A stretch of 64,000 nucleotides of DNA from Eledone cirrhosa. Lineage: Eukaryota. Below, in pieces: positions 1 to 10,200 of this stretch. The notes under the pieces were generated by a model. It was not told the origin of the DNA. It was given only the letters and a program-made list of their open reading frames with translations, and ran no database searches. Each line of letters begins with the position of its first letter. Within the stretch, counting starts at the first letter, position 1. Location of the stretch: the NCBI GenBank assembly GCA_964016885.1, contig OZ024741.1, positions 195,548,001-195,612,000 of the forward strand, given 5' to 3'. The position numbers and the translations under genes are program-made.

Positions 1-6
1 AACCAC

Positions 7-9
<3 letters not shown>

Positions 10-71
<62 letters not shown>

Positions 72-81
72 TATAGATAGA
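10..81. repeat. (TA)n then (GATA)n microsatellite flanking the 3' end of Tx1 copy 1
   Basis: Direct reading: ta repeat to ~39, then gata repeat to 81. Confidence 0.95.
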
Positions 82-296
82 TTTCTTTATTTACCATAAA
101 GGCATAAAAAGAAGGGACAAATACAAAGGGGGAGTTTACATATAATCGAGTAAAAAGGGTGTAACATGAAAATAATCGAAAATAACCTCAAAAGGGAGGG
201 GACGTGATGGGGGTTGCACACACCCCCGAAAAAGTGTGCAATCCTTTTCCCGGGGAGCACATGGAGAAGGTGCTCCCCTCTCCTTTACTTCTTTAC

Positions 297-3200
297 CTAC
301 AGGATGGTATACAGAGAAGGCCCATTTACACGAGCCATTCTCGCCACTATCACCCACCTTTCATAAAACTGCCTGTGGCCAAGCACCTCTCTCTCCATTC
401 TTATCCTTCTTCCGAAGTGATATCGGAAGAAGTAGACCAGACTATGGCCAGAGAGGAAGTTGCCTGACCTCAGACCTTTCAATCGTGTCCACCAAACAAC
501 CTCTTTCAACATGGCTATTACGCACAGAAAAACCGCCTTTGCTTCCTTTATGAAGAGGGGAGGCGGTTTGATTGTCATCACGGACTCGGCGGTCAATTTA
601 ATCGGCGCCACCCGCGACAGCAGTCGTTCGGCGTAGCCCCACAGATCAGCCACGCCCGGACATTGCACCAATGCGTGCGCAACGGTTTCTTCGTGACGCA
701 CGCATCTAGGGCAAATCTTTTTTGAGGGATCCCTGCCCGGGCGCCCGTGTCTGTAGAGCCTCTCTCGAACGGGTAGAGCCCCCCAGTAGCACTGCCAGGC
801 CAGTGACTTCTGGAAGTTGTCCATTGGTCCTGGGCCGAAAGTCCTACCGAACAGGCTGGCCAGTTCGTCCTTTTCCATGTCCAGCGACTCTCCAAGGGTG
901 TCATCGCCCCTGCTAGCCACCAGCCCTCTATAGAATGATGAGGTGGATTCTCCACCGATGGCCCGGCCCGCTTGCCAGAGAGCCCTGAGCGCCTGGGCAC
1001 ACTCAGTGTGCCAGTCTCCCAGTTTTCCGGATCTTTGCTTGACCCAGGACTGTAGCTCGGTGAGCGAGACGAGTCTCGGAAAGGCTCGTTTCACGAACGG
1101 AGCCCACACCGGTTGACCAGTGAGGAATACCTGTAGGTGCCGTAGCCTTAATGCGTGCCTACGCATCATCAACCACGGCATCCCCAGCCCTCCTTTCGAA
1201 GGTTGTTGGCAGCAGATGGATCTTCTCACCATAGGAGGACGCTTCTTCCAAAGAAATTGGAAGAGCATGCGTTCCATGGTGGTGAGTGTTTCCTTAGGGC
1301 AAGGCACGACAGTCAGGCGGTAGTAAGTGACGGACGCTATGTAAATGTTCGCCACCTCCGCCCGGCCTTTTAGGGACAGCTTACACTTGGCCCATTTCTG
1401 GGTTAGTGCAAACACCTTGTTCGTAACCTCGTTCCAGTTCTTTTCCACCTGGAGGTCCGGTCCAAACCAGACCCCAAGCAACTTTACCGGGCCCTCCGTC
1501 CAGTGTCCGACGACACCGTCAGGAGGCATCGGTCTGCCTCTCCACGTTCCGAGTTGCAGCCCGATGGATTTTTCCCGGTTCAGTTTCGCTCCTGACAACC
1601 TTTCGTACTCCTCCAGTAAGGTACCGATCGCCTCGATCTCCGAGTCGGTTGATACCATTACTGTTACGTCATCGGCGTAGGCCGACACCGCTTTGCTCAA
1701 TCCTGGTTCCAGGGGGATACCCTGCAACAACTCCAACTTCCTCAGTAAAGGCTCGAGAGTCAATACGTACAGAAGGGAGGAGAGAGGGCACCCCTGTCGA
1801 ATGGATCGTGTGATTTCGAACGGCTTCGAAAGGTAGCCGTTCACCTTGATCCTAGAACAGATGTGGTTGCTGTGTAGGGCAGTGATCCAGCCTCTGAAAA
1901 CAGGACCGAACCCAGCCGCCGCTAGCACCGCATCCAGGTAACCATGGTCGACCCTATCGAAGGCCTTAGACTGATCTAAGTTGATCAGGGCCCCACCGAA
2001 GCCGGGTTTGTTGCCAACCCTCTCTATGATGTATCGCATGAGGTGGAGGTTATCGTGAATGGACCTGGATGGGATAGCACATGTCTGCGCATCTCCCACC
2101 AGGCCACCCACGACAAGCGCCAACCTCTTTGCTAACACCTTGGCCAAAATCTTTAACTCTGTGTTTAGCAGGGTTATGGGCCGAAAATTATTTATATTAT
2201 CCCCCTTGTTCTCGTCCTTCCTCACCAGCGTGACTACGCCCTTGGCTACAGAACAAGGAATTCTCCCGTTCTGCTGCCAATTGCAGTAGACCGCTTCGAG
2301 GAGTTCGGAGAAGAAGACCGGCATTGCTAAATAAAGTTCGTAAGGTATACCATCGAGACCTGGAGATTTGCGTCTGCTGCATTGGCTCAGCGCATCTCCG
2401 ATCTCATCAGCCGAGATTGGTCCCTCGCAGGACTCTGCCTCTTCGTTCGAGAGACGCGGCAGGCCGTCGAGGTATGGACCAAAATCCACGCCCCCGCCCG
2501 GACCCTCGCCTCCCCCGAACAATCGGGCAAAGTGTCTTTGAAAGGCCTCGCACATCTGCTTAGGCTCCCGGATCACCCGTCCATCTTCGTCTTGCAACGA
2601 CCGGATGGTGGATCGATTTCCACTCTTAGCTTCTGTCACGCGGGCCCATCCAACGGCTTTGGCCCCCTCATTACCTAGAGCACGTATTTTACTTCGAATG
2701 ACGCAGCCTTCGTGCTTTGCATCGAAAAACTGGTTCAAGGCCGTCCTCGATGCCAGCACTCTGGCCACATCTTCGCTCTTGATTGCCTCTTCTAATTTAC
2801 CTGTTAATTCTTTCTCGTTTCTATTCCTATCGGCAGCTAACATCTTGCTATAACTTATTGATTCTGTTCTAATCTCTCTTTTGAGAGATGCCCACCATCG
2901 GTTGTTGACGATTGCACCCGTCAACCTCTCCTTAACTAATCTGCTAATCCGGTTTCTGTAAGTCTCTTTTGCCGGTAAAGACAAATTAAGTTTCCAGTAA
3001 CCGGGACCCTGTCTATGTGTTTTCTCGAGATTGACCACGCAGGTCACTAATTTGTGATCCGTGTAGCCAACCGTGCGCATTTCTGGACAGCTTAATATGT
3101 CCCTATCCTTACTTCTAACTAAGAATCTATCTAAGTACGATCTAGATTGACCACTGTGGTTTCTCCAAGTCCAGGTAGGCACAGTTGGAAAATCTAGTCG

Positions 3201-3734
3201 ATATCTATCGACCAAGTTAAAACGGTCGAGTAACCCCTTGAGGCTGTTACACCCCCCTCTATTGGGACATGCTCCTGCATAGTCCCAACGTGCATCCAGG
3301 ATGTCATTCCAATCCCCCGCTAGAAGCAGGGAACGCGACGTTTCCAGAAAAGTCTCCAAACGCTGGAAGAAGTCGGGCCGTTCAGCTCCGAAAGGGGAGT
3401 AGACGGCGACCAGTCTCAAGGCCGCACTTTCACTACTGCCAACGTCTAGCACCAACAAACGACCCTCCGGGTCCGAGTGCACAACCTGTACGGCAAGACC
3501 CAGGTGTTTTTGCAGCAGTACGACAACCCCACCCCCACCTCCAGGTTGACAGAGAGATGCATGCACCTCAAAGTCATCGAAGGTGGGGGCCAGCTGCCGC
3601 ACGACGCTGATTCGAGTCTCACAGATAACCATTACATTTATACTACATGACCTGAGGTCATTTAGAAGCTTTGCTTGCTTCCAAGTTGAGCCCAGGCCAC
3701 GTGCATTCAAACATCCTACTCTTAACACATCCAT
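297..3734 (-). CDS. Tx1-type ORF2: APE endonuclease, reverse transcriptase and C-terminal zinc-binding motif (1145 aa)
   Basis: APE motifs LNARGL, CETR, VYSP, GDWN, SYLDRF, TDH; RT motifs PGLDG, FRPITLLN, LDQSKAFD, IRQGCPLS, YADD; CPRC..HALVQC; uninterrupted from ATG. Confidence 0.95.
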   Translation of the reverse strand: MDVLRVGCLNARGLGSTWKQAKLLNDLRSCSINVMVICETRISVVRQLAPTFDDFEVHASLCQPGGGGGVVVLLQKHLGLAVQVVHSDPEGRLLVLDVGSSESAALRLVAVYSPFGAERPDFFQRLETFLETSRSLLLAGDWNDILDARWDYAGACPNRGGCNSLKGLLDRFNLVDRYRLDFPTVPTWTWRNHSGQSRSYLDRFLVRSKDRDILSCPEMRTVGYTDHKLVTCVVNLEKTHRQGPGYWKLNLSLPAKETYRNRISRLVKERLTGAIVNNRWWASLKREIRTESISYSKMLAADRNRNEKELTGKLEEAIKSEDVARVLASRTALNQFFDAKHEGCVIRSKIRALGNEGAKAVGWARVTEAKSGNRSTIRSLQDEDGRVIREPKQMCEAFQRHFARLFGGGEGPGGGVDFGPYLDGLPRLSNEEAESCEGPISADEIGDALSQCSRRKSPGLDGIPYELYLAMPVFFSELLEAVYCNWQQNGRIPCSVAKGVVTLVRKDENKGDNINNFRPITLLNTELKILAKVLAKRLALVVGGLVGDAQTCAIPSRSIHDNLHLMRYIIERVGNKPGFGGALINLDQSKAFDRVDHGYLDAVLAAAGFGPVFRGWITALHSNHICSRIKVNGYLSKPFEITRSIRQGCPLSSLLYVLTLEPLLRKLELLQGIPLEPGLSKAVSAYADDVTVMVSTDSEIEAIGTLLEEYERLSGAKLNREKSIGLQLGTWRGRPMPPDGVVGHWTEGPVKLLGVWFGPDLQVEKNWNEVTNKVFALTQKWAKCKLSLKGRAEVANIYIASVTYYRLTVVPCPKETLTTMERMLFQFLWKKRPPMVRRSICCQQPSKGGLGMPWLMMRRHALRLRHLQVFLTGQPVWAPFVKRAFPRLVSLTELQSWVKQRSGKLGDWHTECAQALRALWQAGRAIGGESTSSFYRGLVASRGDDTLGESLDMEKDELASLFGRTFGPGPMDNFQKSLAWQCYWGALPVRERLYRHGRPGRDPSKKICPRCVRHEETVAHALVQCPGVADLWGYAERLLSRVAPIKLTAESVMTIKPPPLFIKEAKAVFLCVIAMLKEVVWWTRLKGLRSGNFLSGHSLVYFFRYHFGRRIRMEREVLGHRQFYERWVIVARMARVNGPSLYTIL

Positions 3735-3767
3735 GTGGGCGGCAGAGCCAAAGGAGAGTGTAGAAAC

Positions 3768-5702
3768 CTACCTTTCCGGTTCCCGGGGTTCGGGTTGCAC
3801 GACTTCCATGGGGTCGGGGGTGTTGGGTGAAGGGGTGTCTTGTGGTGGTGTGGGGTCGTCAGTGTGTGGTGGGGTTGGGGTGTTTGGAGTTGTGTTGGGG
3901 AGGGGAAGGGGAGGGGGAAAGCTTTTTAGTAGGACGCGGTTTATGGGTTTGACAGAGGGTGGTCCTACGTCCTCCTTAAAATCCTTTTTTAGTTTTTGGT
4001 AGAGGTTCATTGGGATCTTTATTAGTTTTAAATGTGGGTAGTTTTCTGACGAAACAAAGTTTACACCTTCGGTTTGTACCGAAGGATTATTGTATATGAG
4101 CTCATTTAATTTATTATTGTTTCTGTTGATGTAAGTATGGTGTAATGTCTTTTTTTCCGATGGTGTGAGTGATTCGAAGAGGGGAGGGGCAGGTTTGGTT
4201 TTGTTTGTTGCTGGAGGGGTGTTTTCTGTTTTGTTGGATTGTGTTGAGATTTGGGTGGGGGTTGTTTGTCCTTGTGTGTTTTGTACATGTTTTCTTTTTT
4301 TCCTTTTAATCTGTCTGAAGGACTCCGTTTCTTCCTCCGAATTCGTTGGGTTATCTTCAGTGTTGGAGGGAAGAGGTATGTTTGCTGGTAATGTTTCCGT
4401 GTTGGTTTTCTTTGTGGGGGAGATGGATGTCACTATGTTAGACTGTGTTGTGTGTTGTGTCTGCGGTGGTTGTGTTGTTTTATTGAGTGAGAAGTTGGGT
4501 GGGCCTGTATTTTGTTTTGGGGTAATGTGTTGTGACTGTTTGTGTTGTGGTGGTGTTGTGGTTTTACTGAGGGACGGGTTGGGTGGGACTGAGTTTTGTT
4601 GTTTGTTTATCTGTTGTGGTGGTGGTGGTGGAGCTGGTGTTGGTAGCAGGGTTTTCTTTTTGTTGAGTTGGGGACAAGCGGCCTTCAGGTGCCCTCTGCC
4701 TGCACAGATATGGCAGGACGGCCTTCTCCCCTCCACGCTAATGTTTATATACCCGTGGTCCTCTAATAGGATTCTGTCGGGTATTTGGGCGATGCGTTCA
4801 GGCTTCATTTGTACTACCAGCTCTATACCTGTTCCACTGAACGCATTGCCTGTGGTTTTCCCAATGGAAATCACGTTGTCATTCACTGGATCGATGAAGC
4901 CAGCTATGAGCCAGCAGTAGTCCACATCTGGCATCATTGCATCCAGCCATATGCGTTGAGTTCTTTTCCCCATATAAGATGGATAAAAGGTGAAATTTTT
5001 CGAACGAATCGGTGACAAAGCACATTTTTTTGCCGCCGATTCGTTCTTCATGATAATTGCTAGGCTTCCATACAGTCTGTCTTTTCTTATGAAAGTGGTT
5101 TCATTAAGTACTTCTGTGAGTACTGTTTTGATATCTGCTTGAGAAGGCTGTTCAGGTTTTTTTGTACTGTTGTTGATGGTCCGAAACTTGACCGTTCGGC
5201 TTTCAATGTCTTTCGTGAATTCTTGAGGCATTTTTACCGATAAAATACCATTCTCTCCTTCACTTATGTATTGTTTGGCGTCCGTGATCCTTCGTACCAC
5301 ATCTGAAATGTTTTCCGCTATATAAGTCAAAGATTTCTTTGTTTTCTGTGCAAATGAAATCTTGTCGTCTGCTTTGTTTTCTGATATGGTGTTATTTTCA
5401 ACTGTTATTTTTGTGTTTGTTGTGTCTTTGTTTGTGTTATTAGTATTGTCATGCAATTTTTCAAATTTTTTTTTTTCGTTGTTGGAATCCAAGTCCAGAT
5501 TTGTGTTTTCGTCATTTAATTTTTTCGCCGCAGATTCGTCTGTTTTTATTTTAATTTTTCCTTCCTTCTCTATGACGTTAGTTGGGAAGGAAGGGAGGAC
5601 TAAAGCGTGCGAGCTTACAACTCTTACCGCTGTCCCCCCACCACTATTTTCGTTCGCTGCGTTTAACATTTCTGTTAGACGATTGAAATTTTTTTTACAC
5701 AA
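3768..5702 (-). CDS. Tx1-type ORF1 (gag-like nucleic-acid-binding protein); first ATG at 5669
   Basis: Long open frame ending 33 nt before the ORF2 ATG; CHICAGRGHLKAAC = CX2CX4HX4C; Pro/Thr/Gln-rich low-complexity C-half; homologous to copy 5 ORF1 (shared KPINRVLLK.FP). Confidence 0.85.
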   Translation of the reverse strand: MCKKNFNRLTEMLNAANENSGGGTAVRVVSSHALVLPSFPTNVIEKEGKIKIKTDESAAKKLNDENTNLDLDSNNEKKKFEKLHDNTNNTNKDTTNTKITVENNTISENKADDKISFAQKTKKSLTYIAENISDVVRRITDAKQYISEGENGILSVKMPQEFTKDIESRTVKFRTINNSTKKPEQPSQADIKTVLTEVLNETTFIRKDRLYGSLAIIMKNESAAKKCALSPIRSKNFTFYPSYMGKRTQRIWLDAMMPDVDYCWLIAGFIDPVNDNVISIGKTTGNAFSGTGIELVVQMKPERIAQIPDRILLEDHGYINISVEGRRPSCHICAGRGHLKAACPQLNKKKTLLPTPAPPPPPQQINKQQNSVPPNPSLSKTTTPPQHKQSQHITPKQNTGPPNFSLNKTTQPPQTQHTTQSNIVTSISPTKKTNTETLPANIPLPSNTEDNPTNSEEETESFRQIKRKKRKHVQNTQGQTTPTQISTQSNKTENTPPATNKTKPAPPLFESLTPSEKKTLHHTYINRNNNKLNELIYNNPSVQTEGVNFVSSENYPHLKLIKIPMNLYQKLKKDFKEDVGPPSVKPINRVLLKSFPPPLPLPNTTPNTPTPPHTDDPTPPQDTPSPNTPDPMEVVQPEPREPER

Positions 5703-5905
5703 ATTTTTTTAAAACAGGTTTTTCACCTCTAGGAGGGGTAAAGATGAGCTGACCCACCGCCTGACAGTTCAGACGGAGGGTCAAGCTACACAATTGTATC
5801 AAAATTAAGTTTGAACTCACAAAATTTCCTCAATAAATTTGAACAAAACTTCTGTGCGAAGTGAATGACATCCACACTGTAGAACAGACGACAGCTAGAT
5901 TAGGG

Positions 5906-5939
<34 letters not shown>
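5906..5939. repeat. (GATA)n spacer between Tx1 copies 1 and 2
   Basis: Direct reading. Confidence 0.95.
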
Positions 5940-5940
<1 letters not shown>

Positions 5941-7163
5941 TTCTTTATTAGCCACAGGGGCACAAAAGAAGGGGACAAATACAAAGGGGGAAGTTTACAT
6001 ACAATAAAAACGTGTAAAATGTTATCACAGATGGAATTTAAAAGTTAGTCGATTTTCCCCAATAGAGGGAGACAGTTTATATGGGTAACACAGACCCCCG
6101 AAAAAAAATGTGCAACCCTCATCTCCAGGAGTACGAAGAGCTTGTACTCCTTTCCTCTCCTCCTCCTTTTCCTCAACCTACAGGCTGATATAGAGAGAAG
6201 GCCCATTCACTCGGGCCATTCTCGCCACTTTCACCCACCTTTCATAAAACTTACTGGGGTACAGCACCTCTCTCTCCATCCTGATTCTTCTTCTAAAGTG
6301 GTATTTGAAAAAAAGAATCAGTTGTTGGCCGGAGAGAAAGGTGTCTGACCTCAGCCCTTTCAACCTTGTCCACCATACAACCTCTTTCGCCATAGCTATC
6401 ACACAAAGGAAAACCGCCTCTCCTTCGTTTTTGAAGGAGGGTGGCGGTTTGATCATGACAATGGACTCGGTGGTCAACTGGATTGGTCCCACCCGCGACA
6501 ATAGTCGTTCTACATAGCCCCACAGGTCAGTGACGCCCGGGCAGTGTATGAATGCGTGCGCGACGGTTTCTTCGTCTCGCACGCACCTCGGACAGATCTT
6601 TTTTGCAGGGTCCCTGCCCGGGCGCCCATGTCTGTAGAGCTTGTCTCGAACTGGTAGAGCTCCTCGGTAGCACTGCCAGGCCAGGGACTTTTGGAAGTTG
6701 TCCATCGGTCCCGGGCGGAAGGTCCTACCGAACAGACTGGCCAGTTCATCTTCCTCCACGCCTAGAGTTTCACCGAGCGCGTCGTCGCACTTGCTGCGGA
6801 CCAACCCTCTATAGAATGACGAAGTGGAGTCTCCACTGATCGCTGGGTCCGCCTGCCAGAGGGCTGTGAGCGCCTGAGCACATTCGATGTGCCAGTCGCC
6901 CATTTTCCTCGGTCTCTGCTTGACCCAGGACTGCAGCTCGGTCAGCGAGACGAGTCGTGGGAAGGCTCGCCTCACGAACGGGGCCCACACCGGTTGTCCG
7001 GTGAGGAATACGTAGAGATGCCGCAGCCTGAGCGCGTGTTTGCGCATCGTCAACCACGGCATCCCCAGCCCTCCGTTAGAAGGGTGTTGGCAGCAGATGG
7101 ATCTTCTTACCAAAGGAGCCCGCCTCTTCCAAAGGAATCGGAAGAGGGCGCGCTCCATTTTGG
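5940..7163 (-). mobile_element. 5'-truncated Tx1 copy 2 (subfamily B): 3' end of ORF2 and 3' UTR
   Basis: ORF 6178-7158 matches the ORF2 C-terminus; nearly identical to copy 4 until it breaks at ttttgg into (GATA)n. Confidence 0.92.
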
Positions 7164-7196
<33 letters not shown>

Positions 7197-7210
7197 TAGA
7201 TATAGATAGA
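7164..7210. repeat. (GATA)n spacer between Tx1 copies 2 and 3
   Basis: Direct reading. Confidence 0.95.
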
Positions 7211-10200
7211 TTTCTTTATTTACCACAAGGGCGCACAAGAAAAATATAAAAACAAACAATTACAACAATCGAAATCCACAATAGGGGGGGGGGGGACAAA
7301 TGGGTTGTTTAATACCCCGCCGATAGAACAACCCTCAACTCCAGGAGCGTGCTGTGCAAGTGCTCCTTTCTTCCTTTTGCTCTCTTCTTCAACCTACAGG
7401 CTTATAAACAGAGAAGGCCCAATCACTCGGGCCATTTTCGCTTCATTCACCCACTTTTCAGTAAATTTACTGGGGTGCAGTGCCTCTCTCTCCACTCTGA
7501 TTCTCCTTCTAAAGTGATACTTAAAGAAGGGAATCAATTGTTGTCCGGAGAGAAAAGCATCTGTCCTCAGTCCTCTCAATCTCGTCCACCATATAACTTC
7601 TTTCACCATAGCCACCGTACAGAAGAAAACCGCCTCTCTTTCGTTTTTGAAAGAGTCTGGCGGTTTGATCCTTACTATGGACTCGGCAGTCAACTGGATT
7701 TGTCCCATATGCGACAGCAGTTGTTCCGTGTAGTTCCACAGGTCGGTTACAGCCGGGCAGTGTACAATTGCGTGCAGGACTGTTTCAATGTCCTGCGTGC
7801 ATCTTGGACACGTCCTCTTGGAAGGATCTCTGCCGGGGCGTCCGTGCCTGTAGATCTTGTCATGAACAGGTAGAGCTCCTCGGTAGCACTGCCAGGCCAG
7901 GGACCTCTGGAAGTTGTCCATAGGTCCCGGGCGGAAAGCCCTACCAAACAGACTGGTGAGCTCATCGTCGTCGACGCCTAGAGTCTTTCCGAGCACGTCG
8001 TCGCCCTTGTAACGTACAATCCCTCTATATAATATCGAAGTGGAGTCTCCACTGATTCCTGTGCCCGCTTGCCAGAGGACTGTGAACACCTGAACGCATT
8101 CAATGTGCCAGGTGCCCATCGTTTTCGGTCTTTTCTTGACCCAGGACTGCAGCTCCGTCAGCGAGACGAGCTGTGGGAAAGCTTCTCTCACAAACGGTGC
8201 CCACACCGGTTTGGGTCGGTGAGGAATACCTGGAGATGCCGCAGCCTCAGTGCATGTTTGCGCATCATCAGCCACGGCATTCCCAGCCCTCCGTTGGAAG
8301 GGTGCTGACAGCAGACGGATCTCCTCACCAGCGGAACCTGCTTCTTCCACAGAAACTGGAAGAGCCTGCGTTCCATCTTGGCGAGGTGTTCACGGGGACA
8401 AGGCACGACAGTCAAGCGGTAGTAGATGACGGACACTATGAAAGTGTTCGCTACTTCCGCTCGACCTTTCAAAGACAGTTTGCACTCTGTCCACTTCTGG
8501 GTGAGTGCAAACACCTTGGCCGTGACCTCGTTCCAGTTTTTCTCCACCTGGAGGTCTGGACCGAACCAGACCCCGAGCAATTTCACCGGTCCGTCCAGCG
8601 TCCAACGACGCTGTCGGACGTCATCGGTTTGCCTCTCCACGTACCGAGTTGCAAACCGACAGACTTGTCCGGGTTTAGTTTTGCTCCCGTCAGCGTTTCG
8701 TATTCTTTCAGTATGTTGCCGATCACCCCGATTTCCGAGGTGCTCGACACCATTACCGTCACGTCGTCGGCATAAGCCGACGCCGATTTGCGCAGTCCCG
8801 GTTCTAGAGGTATGCCCTGCAACAGCTCCAATTTCCGCAGTAGTGGCTCTAGAGTCAATACATACAGAATGGCGGAGAGAGGGCACCACTGTCGAATGGA
8901 ACGTGTGATTGCAAACGGCTCCAATAAGTAGCCGTTCACCTTGACCCTCGAGCAGATGCTGGTGTGCATCGCCTCGATCCAGCCTCTGAAAACGGGACCG
9001 AAACCGGCCGCCTTGAGAACCGCTTCCAAGTATCGATGGTCGACCCTATCGAATGCCTTAGACTGATCTAAGTTGATCAGAGCCCCACCGAAGCCGGGTT
9101 TACTACCCACCCTCTCTATGATGTATCACATGTGGTTGAGGTTGTCGTGTATGGACCTGGTCGGGATTGCACACGTTTGCGCTTTCCCTACCAGGTTCTC
9201 GACGACAAGCGCCAACCTCGTCGCTAGCACCTTGACCAAAATCTTTAACTCTGTGTTGAGCAGAGTTATGGGCCTGAAGTTGTTAATTTCGTCCCCCTTG
9301 TTCTCGTCTTTCCTGATCAGCGTTACTACGCCCTTGCCTGCAGAACCGGGAATTTTCCCGTTCTGCTGCCAATTGCAGTAGACGGCTTCGAGGTCGCCAG
9401 AGAAAAAGTCCGGCATGCCTATGTAAAACTCATAGGGTAGACCATCTAGACCGGGTGACTTGCGTTTCCCGCAGCGACCCAGAGCGTCCCGTATCTCAGT
9501 GTCCGTGATCGGTCTTTCGCAGAACTCGGCGTCCGTGTTCGAGAGATGCGGCAGGCCGTTGAGGTATGGACTAAAGTCCATTGCTCCGTTCGGCTCACCG
9601 TCGTTCTGCTCAAACAGTCGCGCAAAGTGCTGCTGAAAGGCCGCGCACATTTGCTTGGGGTCAAGTAGCACGCGTCCGTTTTGGTCTTTCAAAGACCGAA
9701 TCGTGGACTTGTTGCCACTTTTCGCCTCCGCCACTCGGGCCCAGCTGACAGCTTTCGCTCCTTCGTTTCCTAGAGCACGTGTTTTGCTTCTGACCACGCA
9801 GCCTTCGTGTTTTGCATCGAAGAACTGGTCCAGTGCCGTTCTCGACGCTAATACTCTAGCCGCGTTGCCACTTCTAAGTGCCTCCTCTACTTTGGCTACT
9901 AGTTCTTTTTCTATTTTGTTTTTCTCTAAGGCTAACTCTCTGCTAAACCCTATCGATTCTATTCTAATTGCTTTCTTGAGGGTGTACCACCATTTATTGT
10001 TGACGATGGCTCCCGTTAACTGTTGCTTGACTAGTCTACTTATCCGTTCACTGTAAACTTTACGTGCCGGCAACGACACGTTCAGCTTCCAGTATCCGGG
10101 TCCTTGTCTGTATGTATTTATCACGGTTGATAAGCAGACGACTAATTTGTGATCTGAATAGGCAACCATGTGCATTCGTGGACAGCTTAACATCTCCTTG

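Larger units (their letters stand above)
82..5894 (-). mobile_element. Full-length Tx1/L1-clade non-LTR retrotransposon, copy 1 (subfamily A), apparently intact
   Basis: ~190-nt 5' UTR, ORF1 with CCHC knuckle, ORF2 with APE, RT and C-terminal Cys/His motif, ~215-nt 3' UTR ending AATAAAGAAA; (GATA)n on both sides. Confidence 0.92.

Noticed and set aside
5899-5906. TTAGGG at the copy 1 5' junction as a telomeric repeat
   Set aside because: A single hexamer, compatible with chance or untemplated addition.
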